Notes under the pieces: generated by a model | Seen by the model: the letters and a program-made list of their open reading frames with translations, nothing else | What the model was told of the DNA's origin: nothing | Databases searched by the model: none | In this document: positions 10,621-19,746 of the stretch, in pieces | Layout of the letters: each line of letters opens with the position of its first letter | Numbering within the stretch: the first letter of the stretch is position 1 | DNA from: a virus | Lineage: Duplodnaviria; Caudoviricetes | Virus record (IMG/VR): IMGVR_UViG_3300044846_003573 | Direction: 5' to 3' (one strand) | DNA: 64,000 bases | Made by a program: the position numbers and the translations under genes

Positions 10621-11234
10621 AAACATTACTAACTTTTATTTTCTTAACAATTTCTTTGTTTGGGTTTAGTCAAATTAAATACCCAATTCAAACAATCTAT
10701 AGAGGTGACTCTGTTGTTATCCTATCTGTTAAACAATCTGTTGATATTAATAAAGCAATTGAAACACAAAGAAGGATTATTAGAGAACAAGGTAAAAAAA
10801 TCACATCCTTAAATAATAAGATAGATAGTTTAAATAACATTGTTGAAAATATACCTAACATGTTAGATAGTATCAAATATGTAGCAGATACGACATATAA
10901 ATGGGCTGATGAATTGAATATGACTCTTTGGGAATACGCTACAAATGGAGCGTTCATATACACTATACCCCCATACAACAAGTTATATTTTGTGAATTTA
11001 GATGATTACAATCTTTACACTCATGAATACGGAAAAATTCTTGTTTTTGAAAAAATGACTAAAAGTGAGTATGAAGAATATAAAAAATTCAGAGAAGAGT
11101 TTGATATGCAGTTCGCACCAGCAACAAATTATTTTCACAATTTAAAGTTTCTTGATTTTAATGGTATAACTCGAAGATATGAATCATGGATTTGGAAAAA
11201 TAAAAGTTTATTAAAAGAAGAATTAAAAAAGTAA
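10617..11234 (+). CDS. exported coiled-coil protein
   Basis: signal peptide MKTLLTFIFLTISLFGFSQ; overlaps both kinase genes. Confidence 0.7.
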   Translation: MKTLLTFIFLTISLFGFSQIKYPIQTIYRGDSVVILSVKQSVDINKAIETQRRIIREQGKKITSLNNKIDSLNNIVENIPNMLDSIKYVADTTYKWADELNMTLWEYATNGAFIYTIPPYNKLYFVNLDDYNLYTHEYGKILVFEKMTKSEYEEYKKFREEFDMQFAPATNYFHNLKFLDFNGITRRYESWIWKNKSLLKEELKK

Positions 11235-12562
11235 TGAAAAAGATAATATTATTGATTTTAGTAACACTCGTATCGACAGGTTTACACTCACAAAATTTGA
11301 ATTACAACGATACATTAGTTGACGGAATTGACGTTTCATGGTCTAACGATAATTTACAGATTGATGGTGATACTAGTCAAGTTGCGGCTATGGATATACA
11401 AGAAATCGTTACAACTTGGATTCCACCTGAACCTGAACCAGTTGATGAAACTAAATTGTCTGAAAGTGATTTAGCAAGTATTGCTGAAGACTTACAGTTT
11501 TTAACTGACTTACCAAAATCGTATACTGATTTACCTAAAGAAGATTTAAAAAATGTATTAGTTCAAATTGATAACAAGATTAATAAACTTACCGCAGAAC
11601 GAGATTTATTATTAGCTCAAGCTATAAGAAATGAAGAACTTATAAAATCAAAAGAAAATACCATTACTTCGTTAAGTAAAGAAAAGAATATCATCGGTTT
11701 GACTTTGGAGACTGATGACTTAATGGATGAGAATGGAAATTTGATGACTGAAAAAACTGATTTGGAAAAACAAAGAGAGACCTTGAAGAAATACCTTTAT
11801 GGTGCTTTAGGTGTTGTTATACTGTTTGTTTTAATATTGGCGGTTGTCTTACAAAGAAAGAGAATACAAGTACAGGATGTTGAGATTGAACAACAGATTA
11901 GTGATATTGCTAAGAAGAATAGTTACTTGGAACACGCTGCAAGAATCATTAGACATGACATGCACTCAGGTATTAACACATACATGCCAAGAGGTATTAC
12001 ATCATTAGAAAAAAGATTAACCGTTGAGGACATCCAAAGATTAAAGATTGAAGGGGCACTTAAGATGGTTAAAGAAGGATTAAACCATACGCAAAAAGTT
12101 TATAAGAGTGTTTATGAGTTTACCAATCTTGTTAAACAAAATGTTGTGTTAAATAAATCTGTGGTTAATCTTAAAGATTTGATTTGGAAATACATTTCAC
12201 CAAATTCATATAGTTCACAGGTTGAGATATCTGACTTGGGTGATATGGAAGTGAATGAGACTTTATTCTGTAATGCGGTTGAGAACTTAATTAAGAATGG
12301 TTTATCATATAACGATAGTGAAGTTAAAAAAGTTAAGATATACAACGAAGAAGAATATTTAATAGTTGAGGATAACGGTAAAGGATTCTCACAAAAACAA
12401 CTTGAAAAACATTTAACAAAATACTCAAAGAAGGCTGATGTCACTGGTGAAGAGAAGGGTCTTGGGTTGAATATATGTGTTGCGATATTAGAAGAACATG
12501 GTTTTAAATTGAGTTGTGAAAAAATTGAAGGTGGAACCAAAATGAAAATAAAAATAAAATAA
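11234..12562 (+). CDS. second histidine kinase with exported coiled-coil N-domain
   Basis: signal peptide, single TM, IRHDMHSG H-box, ENLIKNGLSY, DNGKG, GLGLNIC; core paralogous to 9349. Confidence 0.9.
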   Translation: MKKIILLILVTLVSTGLHSQNLNYNDTLVDGIDVSWSNDNLQIDGDTSQVAAMDIQEIVTTWIPPEPEPVDETKLSESDLASIAEDLQFLTDLPKSYTDLPKEDLKNVLVQIDNKINKLTAERDLLLAQAIRNEELIKSKENTITSLSKEKNIIGLTLETDDLMDENGNLMTEKTDLEKQRETLKKYLYGALGVVILFVLILAVVLQRKRIQVQDVEIEQQISDIAKKNSYLEHAARIIRHDMHSGINTYMPRGITSLEKRLTVEDIQRLKIEGALKMVKEGLNHTQKVYKSVYEFTNLVKQNVVLNKSVVNLKDLIWKYISPNSYSSQVEISDLGDMEVNETLFCNAVENLIKNGLSYNDSEVKKVKIYNEEEYLIVEDNGKGFSQKQLEKHLTKYSKKADVTGEEKGLGLNICVAILEEHGFKLSCEKIEGGTKMKIKIK

Positions 12563-13285
12563 GTGGCATACGTTTACCAACATATTAGAAAAGACACTAA
12601 TGAACCTTTTTATATTGGGATTGGTAGTGATTTAAATTTTTATCGGGCTAATAAGTTCTCTGAAAGAAATGAAATATGGGAAAGAATTAAAAATAAAACT
12701 GAAATTTTAGTTGAAATATTACATAATAATATTGAATGGGATGAAGCTTGTGAAATTGAGATAGAACTAATAAAAAAATATGGTAGAATAAATAATAAAA
12801 CTGGTATTTTATCTAATATGACTGATGGAGGTGAAGGGACTTTGAATCGGGTGATTAATGAAGATACTAGGTATTTGTTAGGTAATGGAAATAGAGGGAA
12901 ACAAAGAACTGACGAATCTAGGTTAAAACAAAGTATTACTAATAAAGGTGTTAAAAAAACAAAAGAACATTGTGAAAAAATACGACAATATAGATTAGGA
13001 AAAAAAATGAGTGAGGAGAGCAAGAAAAAAATGTCGGAAAATTCAAAAGGAAGACAAACTTGGAATAAAGGGGTTAAATTTACAGAAGAATCTAAAATTA
13101 AAATGAGTAATTCAAAAAAAGGTAAAAAAACTTCAGGTAATAACCCAAATTCTAAAATAGTTTTAAATACTGAAAATGGTATTTATTATGATACTCTTAA
13201 AGATGCTGCGTTATCTGTTAATATAGGGTATTCAAATTTTAAACAAAAAATAAAAAAAAATAAAATAAATTTTAAATATGTGTAA
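12563..13285 (+). CDS. GIY-YIG-like/NUMOD3 homing endonuclease
   Basis: YVYQH..PFYIGIG, NMTDGGEG, SEESKKKMS repeats. Confidence 0.8.
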   Translation: MAYVYQHIRKDTNEPFYIGIGSDLNFYRANKFSERNEIWERIKNKTEILVEILHNNIEWDEACEIEIELIKKYGRINNKTGILSNMTDGGEGTLNRVINEDTRYLLGNGNRGKQRTDESRLKQSITNKGVKKTKEHCEKIRQYRLGKKMSEESKKKMSENSKGRQTWNKGVKFTEESKIKMSNSKKGKKTSGNNPNSKIVLNTENGIYYDTLKDAALSVNIGYSNFKQKIKKNKINFKYV

Positions 13286-13287
13286 AA

Positions 13288-13719
13288 ATGATTGATTCAA
13301 TTTTATTGGTTGATGATGAAGACCTTTTTCATCTAGTTTTTGAGGACTCTTGTTCATTACTTGACATTACATTGTCATTAAGAAGTTTGAACAGTTCGGA
13401 TGAAGCTGCTAAACTATTTGCTGGATGGCAAAAAGATACATCACAAAAACCTGAATGTGTGTTTGTGGATTTAAACATTATAGGTTCATCCTTTGATGGT
13501 ATTGAACTTATCCGTAAGATTAACTTTGAATATGGTAACCATGTAGTTATCGGTATCATATCTTCAAGTAACGAACCTGAAGAACAGGCTAAGGCAGTTC
13601 AGGCTGGTGCTCAGTTTTGGATTATCAAGTCGGATGACATTGAACCAAGACTTGAAGAGTTTAAGAAAGACTACGACGGATATAAGAACAGAACAAACCC
13701 TTTCAAAGTTTATAAATGA
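13288..13719 (+). CDS. single-domain response regulator (receiver)
   Basis: LLVDDED, VFVDLN phospho-Asp, IISSS, WIIKS. Confidence 0.9.
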   Translation: MIDSILLVDDEDLFHLVFEDSCSLLDITLSLRSLNSSDEAAKLFAGWQKDTSQKPECVFVDLNIIGSSFDGIELIRKINFEYGNHVVIGIISSSNEPEEQAKAVQAGAQFWIIKSDDIEPRLEEFKKDYDGYKNRTNPFKVYK

Positions 13720-14399
13720 TTGTTTTAGATAAAAATACAAAGAAGATATTAATGGAGACCTTTAAGACCAAGAACATTGGTCTTGAGGGTAACATTACTA
13801 AATTAATAGATGCTGAAGATGACCAAGAGTTTAAAGAGTATCTTAAAACTTGTATTGAAAAGGATACGACAACTAGACGTAAACGTTTAGAGATGACCAA
13901 ACAGGTTCAGGTTCAGAACAAAGACTTGACTGAACTTAACGAAGAAAACCAAAGAATACTTGAGGAACTCCAAAATACTTTAACAGGTATGGAGAACCAA
14001 AACAATCAGATTGAGAGTCAAAACTCTGAACTTCTTGAATGGAAATTAGAAAACGAAAAGATTAGTGCCGAACTTGTTGAGGCGATGAAACAATCTGAAC
14101 AAGCAAGAATAACTGCTGAAAACGCTAAAAACGAAGCGGAAAACAATTTGGATTTAATACAGAAGAAAACTCAATTTGAGTTGATTAATAATATTGTTAG
14201 AGTTGCTCTCTATGTAATCATAGGTGTTGGATTTATTACGACTGGTATATATGTTTATTCTATGTCAATAGGAATGGATACAGACATCATCGGCTCTACT
14301 TGGAGTAATATGTTTGGTATTCTATTAACAAATAGTTTCAGTATCGTGGGAACAATACTTGGGGTGAAGTATGGGGCAAGTCCTAACAAGGATAAATAA
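13716..14399 (+). CDS. coiled-coil protein with two C-terminal TM helices
   Basis: long Q/E/N coiled coil then two hydrophobic helices. Confidence 0.75.
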   Translation: MIVLDKNTKKILMETFKTKNIGLEGNITKLIDAEDDQEFKEYLKTCIEKDTTTRRKRLEMTKQVQVQNKDLTELNEENQRILEELQNTLTGMENQNNQIESQNSELLEWKLENEKISAELVEAMKQSEQARITAENAKNEAENNLDLIQKKTQFELINNIVRVALYVIIGVGFITTGIYVYSMSIGMDTDIIGSTWSNMFGILLTNSFSIVGTILGVKYGASPNKDK

Positions 14400-14415
14400 A
14401 TAAAAAAATAAAAAA

Positions 14416-14940
14416 ATGAGTAGATTTAAAAGAATGTTATTCGGTGAAACTCCGTATGTAAAGGTTGAAGATAAAAATAGATTTTATTACATGCTTCAAC
14501 AGATGCAGGCAAACAGATGGAAGATAACAATGATTGTATTGTTTTTATTCTTCTTTATCATTGCCGGTATAAACTCCGCAATATTTTTTGGTGTGTCCAT
14601 TGAAGAAAGTTGGAAAGAAATGTTATTGATATTATTTGGAGCGTTTGTTGGTAATCTTAATAAGGTTGTTGATTACTGGTTCAACTCTGAAGACAGAGAC
14701 AAGATGTTAATTCAAAAGGTTGACGAGGAAGATGGAACATCACTATCAAGTGCTGTGGAATACCCAATAACACCAAGACCACCACAACCACCAGTTGTTG
14801 TAGTTACACAAGTTAAAGAAGAAACTCCTGTGGTTGTTGAAGAACCAGTTGTTTATACTGAACCTGAAGTATATGAGGAACCAATCGTTGAGGAATACCC
14901 AACAGAGGAACCGACACAAGAAGGTGAAGAAAACGTATAA
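14416..14940 (+). CDS. 2-TM membrane protein with acidic Pro-rich tail
   Basis: LLILFGAFVGNLNKVVDYWF after TM1; E/P-rich C-terminus. Confidence 0.75.
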   Translation: MSRFKRMLFGETPYVKVEDKNRFYYMLQQMQANRWKITMIVLFLFFFIIAGINSAIFFGVSIEESWKEMLLILFGAFVGNLNKVVDYWFNSEDRDKMLIQKVDEEDGTSLSSAVEYPITPRPPQPPVVVVTQVKEETPVVVEEPVVYTEPEVYEEPIVEEYPTEEPTQEGEENV

Positions 14941-14955
14941 TAAGTTAACTTAATA

Positions 14956-14991
14956 TTGAAAACCCCACTTGAAAAGGTGGGGTTTTTGTTT
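14956..14991 (+). terminator. intrinsic terminator, copy 1 of a 36-bp direct repeat
   Basis: TTGAAAACCCCACTTGAAAAGGTGGGGTTTTTGTTT. Confidence 0.85.
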
Positions 14992-15025
14992 AACGGTGTA
15001 TTTATAAATAAAAAACTAAAAAATT

Positions 15026-15712
15026 ATGAAAAAAATTATTTTAAGTATTATTATGTCAACTATGTTATTTAGTTGTGATACAAGTACAAAAACTGAAAAT
15101 GCTGAAGACATTAAATCTGATAAAATTGTTAAGATACATGATGGGTCTTTTGCTTTTTGTGGTGCATCGGGAGCGATTCCAACCGGACGAAAGATTGTTG
15201 TTCAAGGTGTAGAATATGATGAGGGTTGTGCAATATGTCCTGTATTATCAGGGCCATCAATCTCCAATTTGGCGATGGAAGGTTTTAGTGAAACCTACGG
15301 AAAGTTTAATGTTAATGAATACTTCCAAAGTCCTGACGGAACCAATAATACTGTTTGGTCGTTATTTTGGTATTATGATTCAACTACGACTATTCCTCAA
15401 TTTAACCCTTCAACTAAAGAATGGGAAATGATGACACCTGTGAATAGAGCTTTTGTTGTGAATACAGATGAACCAAGTACAAGTGAAAGTAATATGTTCG
15501 CAATGCCAGGTATTATTTTTGATACAACATCTACAGGTATTGTGTTGGCAAAAGTATATGGCCCACTTAACGAGGCTGCGGTTCCACTACGTAAAGCAAT
15601 TCCTGTTAAAACAGGTATGACATCAATCACGGCAGCTAAGATTGGATTTCCTTATCCTGTGGGGACACCTGTACCTATTGCTGAGTATAGTAAAGAACTT
15701 CAAAAAAAGTAA
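15026..15712 (+). CDS. lipoprotein
   Basis: lipobox LFSC after a hydrophobic signal. Confidence 0.7.
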   Translation: MKKIILSIIMSTMLFSCDTSTKTENAEDIKSDKIVKIHDGSFAFCGASGAIPTGRKIVVQGVEYDEGCAICPVLSGPSISNLAMEGFSETYGKFNVNEYFQSPDGTNNTVWSLFWYYDSTTTIPQFNPSTKEWEMMTPVNRAFVVNTDEPSTSESNMFAMPGIIFDTTSTGIVLAKVYGPLNEAAVPLRKAIPVKTGMTSITAAKIGFPYPVGTPVPIAEYSKELQKK

Positions 15713-15728
15713 AAACAAATAAATATTG

Positions 15729-15764
15729 TTGAAAACCCCACTTGAAAAGGTGGGGTTTTTGTTT
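15729..15764 (+). terminator. intrinsic terminator, copy 2 of the 36-bp direct repeat
   Basis: identical to 14956-14991. Confidence 0.85.
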
Positions 15765-15772
15765 TACATTTG
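15765..15772 (+). promoter_or_regulatory. Bacteroidota-type -7 promoter element TAnnTTTG (also 3978, 16802, 19735, 21301, 25879, 54290, 55653, 60401; minus strand 45201-45208, 52075-52082)
   Basis: TACATTTG and variants recur in intergenic gaps just upstream of starts. Confidence 0.7.
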
Positions 15773-15776
15773 TATC

Positions 15777-16214
15777 AGTTACAAGAGTTCTTTGAAATAA
15801 ATAAAGAGATAATATTATGGAAACAACTTATTTTGTTTTAGGTATGCTCTCGGTTGTTGCTCTAATTTTCATTGGGGTAATTGCTTGGGGTATGGTTAAG
15901 ATTAGTAAACAACAAACAGAAATTGGAAATTTGAAAGAAGATATCCAAGGATTAGTGAGAACAATATCACAAGAAATAGAAGATACGACTCGTCGTATTG
16001 ATTATGAAAGACAAAACATTCAATCTGAGGTTAGAGGATATAGCGACAGATTGGAAAGACAAATTACAGATATTTGGAGAGGTATGACGGATTCTATTTC
16101 TGAATCCAACTCATATACTGACAAACGAATTGATAAATTAATTGATACCTATGATATCAAGAAAGAAAAAGACCTGTTAAAAGGATAAAATAAACATAAA
16201 GAACTCTTGTAACT
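15777..16214. repeat. 17-bp perfect inverted repeat enclosing one gene
   Basis: AGTTACAAGAGTTCTTT (15777-15793) / AAAGAACTCTTGTAACT (16198-16214). Confidence 0.85.
15817..16188 (+). CDS. membrane-anchored coiled-coil protein
   Basis: N-terminal TM then coiled coil. Confidence 0.7.
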   Translation: METTYFVLGMLSVVALIFIGVIAWGMVKISKQQTEIGNLKEDIQGLVRTISQEIEDTTRRIDYERQNIQSEVRGYSDRLERQITDIWRGMTDSISESNSYTDKRIDKLIDTYDIKKEKDLLKG

Positions 16215-16231
16215 TTTTAAAAAAATATATT

Positions 16232-16423
16232 ATGAAAACTTTCAAAAAAATAATAGGAATACTTCCCTTAATCGTTGCTCTTTACCTTTTTGTGGTATTG
16301 TTGATTTCAGCTTTTACAGGAACTAAAATTGAAGAATATGTTGATGTTAAGTGGTGGGGATTGTTCCTTTTAGTTGACCTTTGGGCTGAACAAAAAAATA
16401 AGAAGTTATATGAGGGTGAATAA
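16232..16423 (+). CDS. small membrane protein
   Basis: two hydrophobic segments. Confidence 0.55.
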   Translation: MKTFKKIIGILPLIVALYLFVVLLISAFTGTKIEEYVDVKWWGLFLLVDLWAEQKNKKLYEGE

Positions 16424-16796
16424 GTTAAGGTTTGCGGTTATCGCTCACGACAATAAGAAGGCCGACATGGTTGCCTTTATCATGAAGAGGTTGGACTTCT
16501 TCAAAGATAATGTTGAAATATTTGCAACAGGAACAACTGGTAAACATATTGAGTTTGCTGGTTTGGATGTTACAAGACTGAAGTCAGGACCGATGGGTGG
16601 TGATGCTCAGATTGCGGCAATGATTGTTGAAGATAAGATTGATTGTGTCATCTTCTTCATTGACCCTTTGTCTGCTCACCCTCACGAAGTTGACGTTCAA
16701 ATGTTAGTTCGTATATGTAATGTTACCGACACACCTATTTCTTGTAATTATGCTACGGCAAGTATGTTGATTAATTATTTTGAAAATCAAGAATAA
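16410..16796 (+). CDS. mgsA: methylglyoxal synthase
   Basis: IAHDNKK, ATGTTG, SGPMGGDAQI, PHEVDV..L.R.C. Confidence 0.95.
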   Translation: MRVNKLRFAVIAHDNKKADMVAFIMKRLDFFKDNVEIFATGTTGKHIEFAGLDVTRLKSGPMGGDAQIAAMIVEDKIDCVIFFIDPLSAHPHEVDVQMLVRICNVTDTPISCNYATASMLINYFENQE

Positions 16797-16813
16797 TATC
16801 ATATCTTTGTCCC

Positions 16814-17512
16814 ATGATTTTAAAGATTGAACAAGACATAAAAGGAATATTCCCAAACGTATGGATATGTTCTGACCCGCACTACAATCACAAGAACATT
16901 TGTAGAGGAACGACTAATTGGAGAACAACAGATAACGAAATCCCTGTTGACCAAACTCGTGACTTTGACACACTTGAACGAATGAACCAATCTATCGTTG
17001 ATGGTATCAATTGGAACGTTGGACAGGATGATGTATTGGTTTGTCTTGGTGACTGGTCCTTTGGTGGGTTTGAGTTCATTAAACAATTCAGAGATAGAAT
17101 TGTGTGTAAGAATGTTCACCTTGTATTAGGTAACCATGACCAACACGTTGAAAGAAACAAAGGGGACATACAATCAATCTTCAGTTCAGTATCCGAATAC
17201 CTACGACTTGTAGTTATGGAACCTGTTAAGAAGAACGAAGTAAAGAGACATGAGTTTGTATGTATGCACTACCCAATCCAAAGTTGGGACGGAATGAATA
17301 AAGGTATTCCTCACCTTCACGGACACGTTCACTTACCAAACAATAAAAAGTTTGGTAATGGAAAGAAAATGGACGTTGGGTTTGACGGACACCCTGAGTT
17401 CCGACCATACAACTTGTTGAGAGAAGTATTACCTTTGATGAAAAATCGTGAGCAGTTGTCGGATATGCCGAATGACCACCACCTTGAAAGATTATTAAAC
17501 GCTGATAAATAA
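16814..17512 (+). CDS. calcineurin-like metallophosphoesterase
   Basis: SDPHYNH, LGDWS, GNHD, HLHGHVH. Confidence 0.88.
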   Translation: MILKIEQDIKGIFPNVWICSDPHYNHKNICRGTTNWRTTDNEIPVDQTRDFDTLERMNQSIVDGINWNVGQDDVLVCLGDWSFGGFEFIKQFRDRIVCKNVHLVLGNHDQHVERNKGDIQSIFSSVSEYLRLVVMEPVKKNEVKRHEFVCMHYPIQSWDGMNKGIPHLHGHVHLPNNKKFGNGKKMDVGFDGHPEFRPYNLLREVLPLMKNREQLSDMPNDHHLERLLNADK

Positions 17513-17518
17513 AAATAC

Positions 17519-17968
17519 ATGAAAATCTATCTAGATGATATCCGAACACCTGTTGAAAAAGACTGGCAGGTTGTTAGAACTTTTTACGAACTATCTGATT
17601 TAATCCAAAAGGTTGGATTGAATGTTGTTGATGTTATATCATTAGACCACGACTTGGGTGATAGTGCTATGACTGAGTATCACACAAACGTTTCACCTAA
17701 CTATAAATTGAGTTATGAGAACATTGATGAGAAGACTGGATACGACGGTGCGAAGTTCTTGGTTGATGAGTTCTATAAACTAAACCCTGAAAGATTGGAG
17801 ATGAGCCGTTCCGACAAAAAGAAAGAACCAATTAAGTTCCCTGATGTTTATACCCACTCAGCTAATCCTATTGGTAGTGCTAACATCATGGGTTATATCA
17901 ATAACTTCTTGATGAATGAGGGTAAACCACAAAATTGTATCAGAGTTCAAATACCACACACAGTATGA
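17519..17968 (+). CDS. cyclic-phosphate-processing receiver-like domain protein
   Basis: IYLDDIRTP, ISLDHDLG, TGYD, HSANPIG. Confidence 0.75.
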   Translation: MKIYLDDIRTPVEKDWQVVRTFYELSDLIQKVGLNVVDVISLDHDLGDSAMTEYHTNVSPNYKLSYENIDEKTGYDGAKFLVDEFYKLNPERLEMSRSDKKKEPIKFPDVYTHSANPIGSANIMGYINNFLMNEGKPQNCIRVQIPHTV

Positions 17969-18174
17969 CAAGTAGAATAGTTTTTGATGTTGAATTAACG
18001 TTAGACCAAAGAATTGAGATTATTGAAAAGGTTGACCAACACTTTGATATTCTTGATTTTGGAATCAATAGTAATTTCAATAGAGATACTGAGGACAAGG
18101 ATTTACATACACAAATTGATGTGATGTATCCTGGTGTCCCAAGAAAAGTAACCGCTTATTACATAATTAATTAA
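17965..18174 (+). CDS. hypothetical protein
   Basis: overlapping stop/start in operon. Confidence 0.55.
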   Translation: MTSRIVFDVELTLDQRIEIIEKVDQHFDILDFGINSNFNRDTEDKDLHTQIDVMYPGVPRKVTAYYIIN

Positions 18175-18350
18175 TATGGGACACGCAATTGTTATTATAT
18201 TTTGTTGGGCATTTTTTATTAGTATTAGTGTCCTTTTAGTAGTAATTTTAGGAACTTATTTGGCAGATACGTTTAAAGATAGTAAATTTGACAAATGGTG
18301 GAGACGCCATATTATTGATGATATACCTGAAGAATTAGAAGATTAAAATT

Positions 18351-18740
18351 ATGAAAACATTATATATCGTAAGAGGAATACCAGGAAGTGGCAAAAGCAC
18401 ATTTGCACAATCATTGGATTGTCCTGTATTTGAGGCTGACCAATATTTTATTGATTCTGAAACAGGTGAATACAAATTTGACGGGTCAAAAATAAAACTG
18501 GCTCATAACTGGTGTAAATTACGTGTTGAGCAAAGTATGGAAGATGATTTTCAAAAGATTGCCGTTTCAAACACCTTTACACAAGAGTGGGAAATGGATG
18601 CTTACTATGAGTTAGCCAAACAATACGGATACAGAGTTTTTTCACTTATAGTGGAGAACAGACATGGTGGTGTAAATGAACATGGTGTGCCTGAAGACAA
18701 GTTAGAATTAATGAAAAACCGTTTTGAAGTAAAACTTTAA
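18351..18740 (+). CDS. polynucleotide-kinase-like P-loop kinase (AAA_33 type)
   Basis: IVRGIPGSGKST, EADQYF, VSNTF. Confidence 0.8.
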   Translation: MKTLYIVRGIPGSGKSTFAQSLDCPVFEADQYFIDSETGEYKFDGSKIKLAHNWCKLRVEQSMEDDFQKIAVSNTFTQEWEMDAYYELAKQYGYRVFSLIVENRHGGVNEHGVPEDKLELMKNRFEVKL

Positions 18741-18746
18741 CAAACA

Positions 18747-19346
18747 ATGATTGATAATATTGAATTAATAAAACCATTATTGAACTTTGAAAACGAGGGT
18801 GACTTCTATATGCTCTACGTATTCAAACGAAAGAAGGACCAACCTGAAGGTGAGAGAGACAATCACCAATCAGTTCGGACTATTAAAACTTATTGTGTTG
18901 AAAGTATTGAATACTTGGAGAAACGATACGATGAGATTAAACAACTCTGTGAGATGTTTAAAGCTCGGGCATATATCCACGTTCAAAAACAAAACCATAA
19001 GGATGTGTCTTTGGAAATGATGATTGGACTGGCTGAAAAGATTAAGAACGGACAACATAACCAAAAACATTTGTTTGACTCAGTTGTCGGACAGATTAAA
19101 ACTCATGAGAAGAGGTGGATTGTAGATTTGGATACTCAAGATGAAGACGAAGTGGTTAGAATGACAAAAGTTATCAATATCACTAGACCTGAAGGAGATA
19201 AGATTAAATGTATCATTCCAACCAAAAATGGTTATCATTTCATTACCGATAGATTTGATGTATCGCAATTTAGTAATGTATATCCTGACGTTGATATTCA
19301 GAAAAAAAATCCAACTTTGTTATTTTTACCTAATTCATTATGTTAA
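18747..19346 (+). CDS. hypothetical protein, possible AEP-like catalytic motifs
   Basis: WIVDLD (DxD) and TKNGYH (sxH). Confidence 0.45.
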   Translation: MIDNIELIKPLLNFENEGDFYMLYVFKRKKDQPEGERDNHQSVRTIKTYCVESIEYLEKRYDEIKQLCEMFKARAYIHVQKQNHKDVSLEMMIGLAEKIKNGQHNQKHLFDSVVGQIKTHEKRWIVDLDTQDEDEVVRMTKVINITRPEGDKIKCIIPTKNGYHFITDRFDVSQFSNVYPDVDIQKKNPTLLFLPNSLC

Positions 19347-19726
19347 TTTCATTTATTATTATCTTCATCCATTGGATTGCCGACTTTGTATTACAAACTG
19401 ACTGGCAAGCCCAAAACAAAAGTAAGAACAACTTTGCTTTATTAAGCCACACATCAAATTATTCAATGGTGTGGTTGTTACCTATGTGTTTTGTCTTTGG
19501 TATAATGAAACAAGGTGCGACAACTGAATGGATTGTTTGGTCTACTTTATATTTTAGTATGATTACTTTTGTTGTTCACACTATTACCGATTACTTTACT
19601 AGTCGTCTGAATAGTAAGTTATGGACGGGAGGTAAAGTTCATTACTTCTTTGTCAGTGTTGGTTTTGACCAAGTGTTACATTATGGTCAGTTATTTTTAA
19701 CATATCATTATTTGTTTAATCGTTAA
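19340..19726 (+). CDS. DUF3307-like membrane protein
   Basis: HWIADFVLQ, H..D, GFDQVLH. Confidence 0.75.
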   Translation: MLISFIIIFIHWIADFVLQTDWQAQNKSKNNFALLSHTSNYSMVWLLPMCFVFGIMKQGATTEWIVWSTLYFSMITFVVHTITDYFTSRLNSKLWTGGKVHYFFVSVGFDQVLHYGQLFLTYHYLFNR

Positions 19727-19746
19727 TTGTTTTGTATCTTTGTTAA

